The notes under the pieces were generated by a model, which was not told the DNA's origin, did no database searches, and was given only the letters and a program-made list of their open reading frames with translations. 64,000 nucleotides of DNA from Eledone cirrhosa (taxonomy: Eukaryota). Where the stretch lies: assembly GCA_964016885.1 (NCBI GenBank), contig OZ024747.1:21328001-21392000 (forward strand), read 5' to 3'. The position numbers were made by a program, and so were the translations under genes. Each line of letters starts with the position of its first letter. Within the stretch, counting starts at the first letter, position 1. Below are positions 14,527-28,788 of the stretch, piece after piece.

Positions 14527-16245
14527 CCACCATCACTATCATCACTATCATCATTATCATCATTATCATCATTATCATCACCACCATCATCGCCATCTCC
14601 ACCATCACCATCATCACACTCATCACCACACTCTCCACCCTCGCCACCATCTCCACCATCGCCACCATCTCCACCATCGCCACCATCTCCACCATCTCCA
14701 CCATCTCCACCATCGCCACCATCTCCATCATCTCCACCATTTCCACCATCGCCACCATCTCCACCCTCACCACCATCTCCACCCTCGCCACCATCTCCAC
14801 CATCACCACCATCTCCATCATCTCCACCAACACCACCATCGCCTATCATCACTACCATCACCACCACCATCTGTATCTCCACCATCCCCACCATCACCAC
14901 CATCACCACCATCTCCACCCTCGCCACCATCTCCACCATCACCACCATCTCCATCATCTCCACCAACACCACCATCGCCTATCATCACTACCATCACCAC
15001 CACCATCTGTATCTCCACCATCTCCACCATCACCACCATCTCCACCATCACCACTATCACCACCATCATCATCCCCATCACCACCATCGCCATCACCACC
15101 ACGATCCTAACCACCACCACCATCATCACCATCACCCTCACCACCATCCCCACCATCAACACCATCCTCACCATCACCACCATCACCACCATCACCACCA
15201 TCACCACCATCTCCACCATCCCCACCATCATCACCATCACCACCATCCTCACCATCCCCACCATCTCCACCATCTCCACCATCACCACCATCTCCACCAT
15301 CACTACCATCTCCACCATCACCACCATCATTATCCACCACCCTCACCACCATCACCACCATCTCCACCATCACCACCATCACCACCATCCTCACCATCTC
15401 CACCATCCCCACCATCACCACCATCCTTACCATCCCCACCATCACCACCATCCTCACCATCTCCACCATCACCACCATCTCCACCATCACCTCCATCACC
15501 ACCATCACCACATCCACCATCACCACCATCACCACCACATCCACCATCCCCACCATCCCCACCATCACCACCATCCCCACCATCACCACCATCCCCACCA
15601 TCCCCACCACCACCACCATCACCACCATCCCCACCATCTCCACCATCCTCACCATCACCACCATCTCCACCATCCCCACCATCACCACCATCACCACCAT
15701 CTCCACCATCACTACCATCTCCAACATCACAACCATCACCACCATCACAACCATCATCATCCATCACCCTCACCACCATCCCCACCATCCCCACCATCTC
15801 CACCATCACCACCATCCCCACCATCACCACCATCACCACCAACACCACCATCACCACCATCACTACCATCTCCACCATCCCCACCATCACCACCATCACC
15901 ACCATCCCCACCATCACCACCATCTCCACCATCCCCACCATCATCACCATCACCACCAACACCACCATCACCACCATCTCCACCATCACTACCATCTCCA
16001 CCATCACAACCATCACCACCATCACCACCATCATCATCCATCACCCTCACCACCATCTCCACCATCCCCACCATCATCACCATCACCACCATCACCACCA
16101 TCACCACCATCTCCACCATCTCCACCATCACCACCATCCCCACCATCATCACCATCACCACCATCACCACCATCACCACCATCTCCACCATCTCCACCAT
16201 CACCACCATCCCCACCATCCCCACCATCACCACCATCACCACCAT
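14527..16245. repeat. 9-bp (CCACCATCN)n minisatellite / CAC-CAT array
   Basis: Direct inspection; generates the spurious SPP/TIT/HHH ORFs. Confidence 0.95.
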
Positions 16246-16399
16246 ATCTACATTCTCTACCTCATACTCCTCCTCTGTTTCATTTCCCTTTATGTTCTAC
16301 TTCTTCTTCCAAATGTTATTTTATACTTTGATTCATTTATTTATTTTGTAAATGTTGTTTTTAATCTTTATAATTTTTTTCAATATGATTTCATTATCA

Positions 16400-16430
<31 letters not shown>

Positions 16431-16586
16431 GATATAACTTTTCTATCATTTATTTTTGTGTTTTATGCCTGGGCATGTATGTCTGTGTGTTTGTGTGTGC
16501 GTGTGTGTATATGTATATATCTTTATATATATATATATATATGTATACACACACATTCACATACATATATATACATACATACATTC

Positions 16587-16620
<34 letters not shown>

Positions 16621-16836
16621 ATAAACCTACTGTTTTTCATCTCTGTGGTTCTTTTTACTTTTATTTTTAGTTTTGTTACTTCCATCTCCTCCTCCTCCTC
16701 CTCATCCTCATCCTCCTCAACCTCAACCTCAGCCTCCCCCCCCCCCCTTGTCTCCATTCCTCCATCCCCAGTATTACCGTTGTCTTTCCCCCTCTTACCA
16801 CAGTCACCCACTGTCTTCTTGTAAATCTATATGTAC

Positions 16837-16888
16837 CTTTTAACTAACTTCCGCATCGCATTATATCTCCGAGATACCTTACACCCAC
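16837..16888 (-). CDS. Candidate internal coding exon (52 nt, phase 1 to 2)
   Basis: Acceptor tttattttcAG, donor AAG|gtacat; only one open frame, (G)GCKVSRRYNAMRKLVK(R/S); unique CpG-containing sequence amid repeats. Confidence 0.4.
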
Positions 16889-17130
16889 CTGAAAATAAAT
16901 AATAAATGATGAGAGTAGCAAAAATACACACAAACAAAGAAAAAAGTAACAAAAAAAAAATATAATAAAATACTTATGAAATATACCATAAAGAAATATT
17001 AAAGAAAAGTAAAAATAAAATAAAATAAAATGAAATAAAAAAAGAATTTAATGAATGCACTGCCTCTCCTCTAAGGAAACATAGCTAAAGACTTCAATAT
17101 AGAATCCTAATAAATATTATTATGATCATC

Positions 17131-17740
17131 AGTGGATTGGCAGTATCGGTAGAGGGTCGGACGCCATGCTTTCCAGCATAGAGTTACGGCCCTTGCCATT
17201 CTGAGTTCAAATCCCGCCGAGGTTAACTTTGCCTTTCATCCTTACGGGGTCGATGAAATAAAGTACCAGGAATGTACTGGGGTAATTGCTGGCCTTGTGC
17301 CTAAAAATAGAAACAATTATTATGATCATCAGTGGATTGGCAGTATCGGTAGAGGGTCGGACGCCATGCTTTGACGCATAGAGTTACGGCCCTTGCCATT
17401 CTGAGTTCAAATCCCGCCGAGGTTAACTTTGCCTTTCATCCTTACGGGGTCGATGAAATAAAGTACCAGTAATGTACTGGGGTAATTGCTGGCCTTGTGC
17501 CTAAAAATAGAAACAATTATTATTACTATTATTATTACTATAGGGCGGTGTATCAGCAGTGTCGGTAGAGCCTCAGACAACTTGCTTCATAGCATAGAGT
17601 TACGGCCTTTTACGTTCTGAGTTCAAATCCCGCCGAGGTTTACTTTGCCTTTCATCCTTACGGGGGTCGATGAAATAAAGTACCAGTAACGCACTGGGGT
17701 AATTGCTGGCCTTGTGCCTAAAAATAGAAACAACTATTAT
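17131..17740 (+). mobile_element. Three tandem copies of SINE family A
   Basis: TGGCAGTATCGG A box, GAGTTCAAATCC B box, GCCTTTCATCCTTACGGGGTCGATAAAATAAAGTACCAG centre (Meta-domain-like), GTAGAAACAATTATT tail; first two copies have a 200-bp period. Confidence 0.9.
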
Positions 17741-17974
17741 AATCATCATCATCGTCATCATAACAGCTATCAATAATATTAGTAGTAGCAATAGCAGAGG
17801 CATCCTTGCATCATCATCATCATAATCATCATCAGTATAATCATCATCACAATAATCATCATCATCATCAACATCCACAATAATGGTGGTGTCCTCCTCC
17901 TCCTCATCATCATCATCGTCGTCGTCGTCGTCGTCATCATCATCATCATCATCGTAATAACAATAATAATGATG

Positions 17975-18595
17975 GTTTCTGATTTAGGCACAAATCCAAC
18001 AATTTTTGGGGGAAGGGAAAGTCAAGTAAATTGACCCCAGTACATTACTGGTGCTTTATTTTATCGATCCTGTAAGGATGACAAGCAAAGCTAACCTTGA
18101 CTGGATTTGAACTCAGAACGTAAAGGTCTGTAACACTATGCCACGAAGCATGTTGTCTGATGCTCTACCGATTCTACTGCCAATTCACCACATAATAATG
18201 ATGTCTAGTATAGGCACAAGGCTAGTAATTTGGGAGGAGGGGAAAGTGTATTAAATCAAACCAGTGCATGACTGGTACTTTATTTTATCGACCCCGAAAG
18301 GATGAAAGGCAAAGTTAACCTCAGCAGGCTTTGAACTCAGACCATAAAGGGCCATAACTCTATGCTGCGAAGCATGGTGTCAAACACTCTACAGATACTG
18401 CCAATCCCCCATCATCATAATAATTGTTTCTATTTTAGGCACAAGGCCAGCAAATACCCAGTACATTACTGGTACTTTATTTTATCGACCCCGTAAGGAT
18501 GAAAGGCAAAGTTAACTTCGGCGGGATTTGAACTCAAATCATAAAGGGATGTAACTCTATGCTTCAAAGCATGGTGTCCGACTCTCTACCGATAC
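17975..18595 (-). mobile_element. Three copies of SINE family A, reverse orientation
   Basis: Reverse complement of the family A consensus. Confidence 0.85.
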
Positions 18596-19312
18596 ATAAT
18601 AATGAGAAGAAGAATTATCATTTTCTTCTTCATAACACACATTAATTTCCTTGCTCTTATCATCATCATCATCATCATCATGTCATCACATAGTATATAA
18701 AGCCTCACCTAATCAGCAGCATCAGTGACATCAACATCGCTATAACAAGCATTATAATTGCTCTAGAAATTGCTATCATTATTATCATCATTTTCATATA
18801 ATCATCAACATCTTCATATAAAACTTTCATTTATTCATAAGCATCAATGTGATCAACAAACTTCAAGTTTCTTGTCCTGATACCTTATGAATCAAATGAG
18901 TTAAATTATCATATTTTTCACCTCCACCACTGACCTTTAAATGTCACCTCAGTTATCTTATCACATGCTTTTAGTTAGGTGCAAGCATGATTGTGTGATT
19001 CAGAAATTCACTTTGCAGCCACATGCTTTCATGTTCAATCCCACTGCGTGACACCTTTGGAAGCTAGCGATTTCTTTATGTCCCACAGCTCACATATGAA
19101 CACATACATGTGTGTGTGTATATATATATATATATATCAAGTAAGTATGTTTTGAAACAATGAGCAAGTTTGAAATTAGAAATAGAAGCTTTTGCCATAT
19201 TTTTGACTAACTAAATTTTAGTCTGATAGAAATGGAAAAAGATGAGTATTGACATACATATATATATATATATCTGTGTGTGTGTGTATCTATATATGTA
19301 TATGTATGTATG

Positions 19313-19373
<61 letters not shown>

Positions 19374-19920
19374 GATAAGTTTCAAAAGCCGGTACAATGC
19401 AGTAGAAATATATAAAGAGCAAATCATGATGACAAATAAAATAAAACAAAGTAATGTTTTACCCAGTATATTTCAACATGATATTTCAGGGTTATTACCC
19501 TCTTTTCAAATATGAAACAGAAACAGTTCAAAACAAAGACTGATTTACATGTCTGAAATATATATGCATGAAGTCGTTATAGTAGCCAATATGCTTCATT
19601 CATTTCCAATCTATTATATATCTGTGCTTTTTTCTGGTTGATGATAATAGCCTCTTTGATTCTGAAATTGCCCAGAGTGAGGGTTTGGGGAAGGGATCAA
19701 GTAAGCATGTTCAACATGGACGAGGTGCATGGGATATTTAACTGATGAGGGGTGTATTAAATCTACGGCGGGTGAATTGGGAGAGGTAAAGAGAAGATTG
19801 GTGAAGACTAATGTCTTCTAGTTCTTTGTTTCAACCTGTGCACATGGGAGAGGTCTTCTGCAGTACAACATAATGCCAGAGGTTTCAATAGATATATTTA
19901 TATATATATATATATATATA

Positions 19921-20024
19921 TAGTTATGTAATAAACAACATAAGGCAATTATTCCATTTACCAGTGGTTTCTTAAAAGCAAAAAATTTTGCTTTCAATCA
20001 TCAGAATGAAAAAATCCTGGTCTG
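19921..20024 (-). mobile_element. Penelope-type terminus with type I HHR (same family as 11291)
   Basis: Minus TTCATT-CTGATGA-TTGAAAGCAAAA..TTTTGCTTTTAA-GAAACCACTGGTA-AATGGAA; abuts (TA)n. Confidence 0.7.
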
Positions 20025-20119
20025 TTTATTGATATTGGATTTTAAAAACAAAAAAGCAATCTATATGAAAGTGAGGCTGGAGAAGGAAGAAGGAAAGGAA
20101 AAATAAAATAAAAAAATAA

Positions 20120-20932
20120 AAAACACATGCAAACACACACACACACACACACAAATGCATACATACACACACACATATATATATATACATACACTCATAC
20201 ATACACACACACATATACACATATATATGTGTATATATATATACACACATACACATTCATATACACATACATACATACACACATAAATATCAACACATCC
20301 ATACATACACACAGATATATACAACCACACACACATATATACACACATATATATAGAAATAGAAATATATATATATATATATGCATACACATACATAGCC
20401 ATACACACATACATATACATACATACATACACACAATCATACCTATATACACACGTACATACATACACATACATAAATGCATACATATGCATGTACAAAA
20501 TTAGAAAAATATACACACACCTCTACATATTTACACACGCAAATAAATATAAGAAAAAATATATATAAAATAAAATAATAAAAACTATTATACAGTTGAC
20601 AGCGATACAGGCAACGAATAAATGAACAAACACGCGTGGTAAGCAATGCACGTACACATACATACGTAAAAATAAATGCATACACACACTCTCACACATA
20701 AATATACATATTCAAATACATAAACACATACATACGCATACACAAATACATACACAAACACACACACACACATATACATATATACACACACATATACATA
20801 CACACATATATATATATATATATATAAATACACATACACATATACACACATATATATATACACACACACATACATACATAGCTATACACATACAAATACG
20901 TACATATCACAAACATGCACAACCAAATACAA

Positions 20933-20998
<66 letters not shown>

Positions 20999-21000
20999 AA
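20120..21000. repeat. (CA)n/(TA)n low-complexity block
   Basis: Direct inspection. Confidence 0.9.
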
Positions 21001-21063
21001 AACTCAATCTTAGATAATTCATATGAACCTTATATAACTCCAAAATATACATATACATATATA

Positions 21064-21165
21064 TAGTAATGTAATAAACAACATAAGGCAATTATTCCAT
21101 TCACCAGTGGTTTCTTAAAAGCAAAAAATGTTGCCTTCAATCATCAGAATGAAAAAAACCTGGTC
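21064..21165 (-). mobile_element. Penelope-type terminus, HHR with mutated cleavage triplet (GUG)
   Basis: Same family as 11291/19921/34174 but GGTGAATG instead of GGTAAATG. Confidence 0.65.
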
Positions 21166-21412
21166 TATCTATCTATATATATATATACACATCTATATAT
21201 ATACATATATACACATACACATACATATACATATATTTTGGTATGTGAAGGGTAAGGCAAAAAAAATATCTGGGGGGTAAAAGGAGGGGGGAAAATGACA
21301 TAGGAAAATGTGAAATATAAGGGGAGATAAGGGAGAAAAAGAATACAAGAGTACAGAACGTGGATTCAGCAGGTAAAAAAACCATAGTAGAAGTAAAGAG
21401 CAGAGAAGGAGT

Positions 21413-22110
21413 TCAAGGCGGTTGAGTTATCATAGGAATGTCAATCCAGTTACAGATCAAATGTGGTTTCAGATGAGGACAACATCTGAAGATCTCGGTC
21501 TTTGAGTTTAGGCAAGCAGAAGTGGCTCTCAAGTTTAGCAAAATCCTATATTTTTCTGTGGTACACAAAGAACAATTCTTTGTGCCCCTTTGGTACTCCC
21601 TCAAATGGTCTAAGATAGACCAATCGATAGAGTACGGGATGTTACTATCCTTGAATTCCCACACCTTACTTGCGAGGGCCGTTGTTGTTCGTTTATCGGA
21701 GTGCTTAAAAGAAGCGACATGTGAGTAAAACCTGGTTTTAAACCTGTCCTGGGTCATGCCGACATATCGCTCACTCCTGGCTGGCTAGTTGTTGATTAAC
21801 GGTGCTATTTTAGACTCATAAACAACAGATTTGGTGTTACATTTACCCTGCAATGGGCATTCATCCGGCTTCCTGCAACTGCATCCTGGATTTGTTCTCA
21901 TATGATTTGAACTAGTGATCTTGGACTTCATAGATGGGCAACAAGAGTAACTGATCTTAACTACGTTCCTATTAAATATCTTATAATATCTATGATTAGG
22001 AGGAAAATGTTTGTCTAAGTGTTCAAGGAATTTCCTTCCTACATTAGTTTTGACAGTTAGAGAGAAGGGGGAATGAACCAAATAATTTTACTTTTCCTGT
22101 TATTGTGGTT
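21413..22110 (-). pseudogene. Penelope-like element C-terminal region with GIY-YIG endonuclease (one in-frame stop)
   Basis: ORFs 21785-22081 and 21413-21757 are in the same frame: KIFNRNVVKISYSC, CSCRKPDECPLQGKC, VVYE...YVG, FKTRFYSH, CSLCTTEK, LNSKTEIFRCCPH, typical of PLE thumb/linker and GIY-YIG regions. Confidence 0.9.
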
Positions 22111-23464
22111 AGTTTTAGGGGGGGGGGGAGTAGTATATATATAGACAAATAGTATATATATAGACAAATTTGACCAGAGCACTGCCATGACTAGTGATCT
22201 ATTTTTACACACCCTGCAAAAATTCCTACACCCTTGAAAAGGCTAGCTGAACACACAAACCAAAACACCTTGGCACCACAATAGGGATTTTACCTATCTT
22301 TCTCTATATATGTGTGTGTGTCTGTGAATTTGGGTACACTAACAAAAGAAGAAATATACTGAATACTCATTTATTAGAATTTAATAATGTATTAGAAGTT
22401 GAGACTTCACACCGACAACTGCAGTGTGTGACACCTATAGATTACAGAGGAATTTTAGTTATAAATAATATCTAAAGATTTGTAATGATGACAGATAAAC
22501 GAATTTGAGTTATATATTACATCAGATATACACTATGAAATTGTAGAATGACTGAATAGAAATCGAGATTGTACATGGATATGATATGAACTAGCTAATA
22601 TGTCCCAAATACACCGATTGTCTTGATATGGGAGTGTTACGGCAATTTCATGAAGTATTATATGTAAAGAAGTGATAATTGTTGCTATAGGTGAATACAT
22701 AAAACGAAGTTGTTGGATCATTGAAGATCTCGAATGAAGCAATTACAGAGAACATTAGAAGGTTTAACGTATTAGATGAAATATTGAAATACTGTAAGCT
22801 GCCACATTGCAAACTGACTGAACATAAAACCATGGAAAAGCGTGGATATAAAATTTAATGAAAATAGCGGTGAGCATATATATATATATATAAAATGAGA
22901 GTGAGAAGAAAATGATAAAGAGGGAGCTGTATATATATATATTATCATCATATGTATATTAAGAATGTTTGGGGGAAGCTGGTACAGTGTGAATAAGAAA
23001 TATAATGATAGAACTAGAGTAAATTAAAGTAAGAAGAACAAATCCACACAATAGATTTTACCTTATATTTCATTGTATTTCAAGGTTGGAGACTCTTTAT
23101 CAAGTGAAGTGAAAGTTAGAGAGTCTTGTTCTTATTACTTGTGTGGCTGACTGATAGTTACAAAGTCATAAACAAAACTATATTCCTTGAAAAATAGAGA
23201 ATTAAAATCATTTTAGATTATAAGTATAGTATAGTTCAGGCAGAAATTTGTTAACCTGAGGCATGTTATTATAAAGGAAGATTAAAATATGTTTGTTCAC
23301 TTCATGGGACATACATATGTGGTGAAAGGTCAATGGCATACACAACTATTATAAAGAAAAGTAAACTTTTTTTACTCATGGCCACTTTTGTGATAATATT
23401 GCTTTGTCATTTTATTGGAGCAAGACCTTGATAGACGAAATCTTGGTCATGTAACATATATATA

Positions 23465-23628
23465 CATGGTGGCTGCCAACTCGTTTTCGAGTACGGCCAC
23501 TACTTTATATCCATGTAGGAAAACCCCTACCGATGCGCTGAACGAGTGTGACTTTTTAGTCCAGCCAGCGACTTGAAAACTCTGGTACAAACACTACACT
23601 TGTGACAATTATTGACACATAGTGTCAA

Positions 23629-23630
<2 letters not shown>
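23465..23630 (-). mobile_element. 5'-truncated copy of the 6598-7210 retroposon
   Basis: Near-identical to 6598-6755; ends in hairpin TATTGACAC-ATA-GTGTCAATA. Confidence 0.8.
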
Positions 23631-23687
<57 letters not shown>

Positions 23688-23865
23688 TCCTGGACCGGGT
23701 GATGCGTTATGTCCTTGAGCAAGACACTTTATTTTCATGCTGCTCCTTCTACCTGGAGTTGTGACCGATAGATAGTATTAGCAACTGGAAAGACCAATGG
23801 AAACATTGTTTCCTCGGTCCAATTTGACGAAAGTCGATCGTTCCTATATATATATATATATATAT

Positions 23866-24067
23866 ATGAGGGTTGGCTGAAAAGTTCAGAGACTGACGAA
23901 GATACTCTCATGGAATGACCAAATGAGGTTTATTTTTCAACATAGTCCCTGGAAAGAAACAATACAGTTATTAATAAAAAGAGTTGAAATTAATGCATAC
24001 AAGATTTCACAGCTCTAGAATCAATCCTTCATGATCAAGCTATGAACATTTCAGCCTACCCTCATAG
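23866..24067. mobile_element. Mariner-like MITE
   Basis: TATGAGGGTTGGCTGAAAAGTTC ... GAACATTTCAGCCTACCCTCATA TIRs with TA ends. Confidence 0.8.
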
Positions 24068-24074
24068 TTTTGAT

Positions 24075-24400
24075 ATCACACAAAATTTTTTGTGGCTTTT
24101 ATTTTTTGCTTCATTGCTTTCATCTTACCAGGGTTGATAAAATAATGTACCAGGCAAGTACTGGGGTCAATTTAATCCAATTTTCTCCTCTCCTCCAAAT
24201 ACATGGTTGTGTATCTAAATCAGAAACCATTATTAGGGTCGGACGCCATGCTTTCCAGCATAGTTACGTCCCTTTACGATCTGAGTTCAAATCCCGCCGA
24301 GGTTGACTTTGCCTTTCATCCTTACGGGGTCGATAAAATAAAGTACCAGTAATGCACTGGGTAATTGCTGGCCTTGTGCCAAAAGTAGAAACAATTATTA
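24075..24400 (+). mobile_element. Two SINE family A copies (degenerate, then 5'-truncated)
   Basis: Family A centre and tail; the second copy sits on the ATTATT tail of the first. Confidence 0.8.
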
Positions 24401-24802
24401 TATTATACATTCTAAACTTCTCTTCTCTGTTTGGAAATTCTTCTCTAATTCTTCAACAGATTTAGTTATGAAAAGTATATCATTGACATAAAGAAGTTCT
24501 CATGGACAGACAGTCATGAAACTTCTCTGGTATAATGTACAGAACAATATTATCAGAGAAAGTGCTTGAGAAGCAATGCTTGATGGACAGCTAACTTCAT
24601 GCTAAATTACTCACAGAACTCATCCCTGACACTCATCTACTTTACAGAATCTTTCTACATGGCTTGTATAGTTCACACACAAACCTAGTTATACACAAAC
24701 ATGCAAAGGAACACATGTAAATATACATAAACACTAATATATGGTCGGTACACATATTTGGAAAATTTTATAAAGTTGCATTTACACATTCATGCATACA
24801 CA

Positions 24803-24847
<45 letters not shown>

Positions 24848-25318
24848 ATATATGTGTGTGTGTGTGTGTTTTCTTTATTACTACTTTATGCACTCACAAA
24901 ATAAAAACTAGCTCAATCATTATAGGCAAACACATATGCAATATAAAGTAAATGCAATGTAACACACTTATCCACACTTTTCACTCTGCAATGACAAAGA
25001 ACCAAAAAAATATCTGAAATGAAATCTGCCTTTACTACCACTATATTTAATATATTATAGAGTTAAACTTACAGTGTGTGGTATTAATAACATACATTTG
25101 GTATATGCATTGAACATGAAAGTTAGCAGAAAATTGTGCATGTTAAATATCAAAATAGTAGACATTTACTGAATTTCCATACATTAAATTAGCATTTTTA
25201 TAATGAATTGGAAGCCATTTACACTTTATATTTGATAATTAATATTTATAGATTTAGCTTAGGTAGGCACTGCATAGCCAGACAGCATGTATCTGACTCA
25301 AATACACACATATTCAAT

Positions 25319-25355
<37 letters not shown>

Positions 25356-25639
25356 CATGCACCCACACACATATATATATATGTATGTATGTTTTTCTGG
25401 ATTTATTATTTTATAAATTTTCCCCAATAGAAAGAGAGCTGGTTTCTTACATAGACATAAGACTTTCATTGGAATTTAGACATCAACTAGGTAAATACGT
25501 ATGTCTGTATGTTTGAGTGTGGGTGTGTGTAGGTTTGGATGTTATTGTATGTGTGGATTTGCATGTTTTGAGATATATGTGTACACATGCATATGTTTCT
25601 GTGTCTATACAGTGTATATGCAGTTATTACATGCAGAAA

Positions 25640-27500
25640 TTCTGAAATGTTTTTACATATTTTTACAGTTCCATTAATGGACTGTACTTGCAACTTCCTA
25701 AGTAGCCATGCTCTTTCTGGTTCTGCAAAGCTCAGCTTCTCAAGATTTCTACTGATGCAGTTAGTAACATATCAAAGAGCCCCAATGATCACAGGCATAT
25801 ATCTAAAGGTATAATCAGAGTGGAATATCTGCAGATTCCTCAGAACCTAATATATAAATTGTATAACATGTCTGAACTTATTTCTCCAAGATCACCAAGA
25901 CCAGTTTTTTTTTGCCAAGTTAGTGTCTTTGTTCTTGGGGACCAATATATGTCAACAACCCTGGTATATGTGCATCTCCCTTGAGATCTTGCTCCTAAAG
26001 TTTAAGATACATCCAATAGAGTGTCAGATTTTTCTACCAGAAGCTAACAATTAAGTCTTTTCCTGGTACTTTCTTATCTTGGAAATTTTCCTATCAAAGT
26101 CTCAAAGGTATCATCATTGATGCTGTATGTTTTTGTTGTAATGCAAATGTAATAGTTCATTTAGATCTCTTACAGCCACACTACATCTTGGTTGAATTTC
26201 TTTTCCTCACCACATATTTTTCTCCAGAAGGAATCTATGTGTTTCTGGGATGGGGCTTCAGTGACATTTATTACTTTGTCCTTCATATCTCTATAGACTG
26301 ATATTTAGTTTCGGCTGAATCTTTTATTAGTTTTTCTTTTTCAGCCACCCTCTTCTTGTATCGAAGTTACTAACTGACAGTTTTTAATTCTTGTTTAAGG
26401 GTGATAAACTTGTATTGAAGAATATCTTTTTTTCTCTTGCATGTGAAAAGCATTGTCACATATCTTATAGTTTTCTGTAGGTTAGCAATCTTTTTTTTCT
26501 ATTTTTTTAATATATGATGGCATTTTTTGTGGTATTTTGTTTCTGATAACATCTCTATCATCACCAAGATAATGTCTCACTGTCGTTGCCAGGGCATATA
26601 GGCAGCCATTGATTTGCCAAAATGTAGGGGCTTGAATTTGTTATGATATTCACTTTTAATTTCGTCAATAACATTCAGAATGTCATTATTTAGTTTCTTT
26701 AGGGCAGTGGATTGGCAGTATCGGTAGAGGGTCGGACGCCATGCTTTCCAGCATAGTTACGTCCCTTTACGATCTGAGTTCAAATCCCGCTGAGGTTGAC
26801 TTTGCCTTTCATCCTTACGGGGTCGATAAAATAAAGTACCAGTAATGCACTGGGTAAATGCAGGCCTTGTGCCTAAAGTAGAAACAATTATTTAGTTTCT
26901 TGCTTAATATTGTTGTTTTATATCAGTCTGTGAATTAATTTCTCTCTGGAAAGTTTAACTGAGGTATGTTTTAATTGCTGATACTCATGACTTTCCCAGC
27001 TAATGGCAGATGCATTATCATTGACAGTGTCTTGATGATGAGGATCAACGTGACTGAGAAATACCATAGCAGTCAAGCTAAAATCAGTTGATACACATGG
27101 TGTTAAATTCCTTACTGACATGACTGTTTCAAGGAACTGTTTGTATATTGTTGTTGTTTGTATCAACAAACAACATCAATATACAATTGGCTTGGCTGCT
27201 AGAAAGCCTAGTAACATGGTGGTCTGTAGTACATGTTGATTACATGTTTGATCTCGGAGACTTGCTTTGAATAATGTTTGTTATCTTTATGTTCATTAAA
27301 CGTTGTTTGTTGGCGTAATGGTTTGGCTTTAAAGTGATTTAGTTCTGGTTGTATTTCATCCCAGTATAGCTTCATTCTGATCATATAGCCAACAGAGAGA
27401 TCTTTTTTTGCTCTTTTAAACAATTAAATATTTCGTTAAAATGCAATTTATAGTTTCAGTTTCTTCTGTAGTTACAACTAAAGAGATTTTGCTTACCTTT
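25640..27500 (-). pseudogene. Degenerate, internally deleted R4/Dong-like (REL-endonuclease) non-LTR retrotransposon
   Basis: N-terminal-like RAKKDLSVGYMIRMKLYWDEIQPELNHF and C-terminal-like LRNLQIFHSDYTFRYMPVIIG...QVQSINGTVKICK; interrupted by a SINE at 26703. Confidence 0.55.
26703..26890 (+). mobile_element. SINE family A with 15-bp TSD
   Basis: Full consensus; ATTATTTAGTTTCTT on both sides. Confidence 0.9.
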
Positions 27501-28052
27501 CCTATTGTTGATTTTCTTCGATTGGCCTCTTTAGTGCTGGAACTATGATATGATGCACCTAGTACATTATGGGAAGTGTTAGTTCTGGTACCATAATAAA
27601 GGTTTTGGTGCCATGTTAAAATAGCATTAGGAAGGGCATCCATTCATTGAAACCATGTCAAATATGAAATGGATGAGCAAGATTAGGTATCTCCAACCAA
27701 CCTTGATTCTGACCACGCTAGCGTGCAAAGTGGAAGTACAATGATCATGAGTATGATAATATGTAAATATAACTCTGTACAGTTATATAATTTTATTTTT
27801 GTATACATACATGTGTTGGGAAGGGCACCCAGCCGTAGAAAACCCGCCAGACAGTCCTATACGATTAGGACAACCACTCTTGCTTCAAGTGGGAAAACTC
27901 CCGTCCAGACCCATGCTAGCGTGGAAGATGGACGTTAAACAATGATGATACATGCACACATGCACTCATATATATATATGTACATTCCTACATACGCATG
28001 CATATACACATGCATGCATACATATATATATACATATATATATATATATCTG

Positions 28053-28113
<61 letters not shown>

Positions 28114-28708
28114 CTGTATAAATATATATATATATATTTTTACATTCATTTCATTTATTGATTTATTGATAATTTATCTGAGTGTCCCGAATCTTCCATA
28201 TCGAACTTTTCGGTTATTTGGTTGATTGTAGACATATTCTACGTGTGACGGTATTTTAACGATAGTTATAGCTCTAATTTATTTGAATTATAGAGCCCTC
28301 TGCCGCTCATCTCGAATTTTGTTTATCGTGAACTCGTGCGCCGATTTTTCGATACTCGATTATTCTACTATATATATATAGGTCAACGGAATGAACATGA
28401 ATGGCTGGCACAGTTTTCCAGTCACTGTAGCCTACTGAGCATGTAAGGATGGTAGTCTGGTGATGTAGATGATGATGATGATACATAGATGAAGCTGATC
28501 CTGATGCTGACCTTGAAGTTAAGTAGATTGTCAGCAGAAGCACTTTTCCCATCAAACATTACTTCCAGTAAACCTTCGTTTTTATTTAATTATTTCACTT
28601 TTGTTTTTACATATTTATGATGTGCAACGTAAATGCATAATATATCTATGTACATATGCATATGTGTTGGGTATATATATATATATATATATACAGAGAC
28701 ATGCACAC

Positions 28709-28770
<62 letters not shown>

Positions 28771-28788
28771 ATATATATATATATATAT

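Noticed and set aside
14437-16437. 666-aa Pro/Ser/His/Thr-rich ORF (extensin/collagen-like)
   Set aside because: Translation of a stop-free CAC/CAT minisatellite; open in several frames on both strands, with repeat type switching at indels
17131-17225. tRNA gene (A and B boxes)
   Set aside because: Boxes belong to SINE heads; no cloverleaf, and the sequence continues into the SINE body in ~25 copies
18710-18763. Possible minus-strand exon with gtgag donor
   Set aside because: Low-complexity GAT-derived sequence; the frame I found open is phase-incompatible with the other candidate exons
19600-19880. Open frame resembling a host exon
   Set aside because: Another frame gives RIKEAIIINQKK, more like a decayed GIY-YIG C-terminus; no donor found
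23070-23108. Minus-strand HHR-like CTTGATAAAG..GAAAT
   Set aside because: Core deviates from CUGANGA; too degenerate to call
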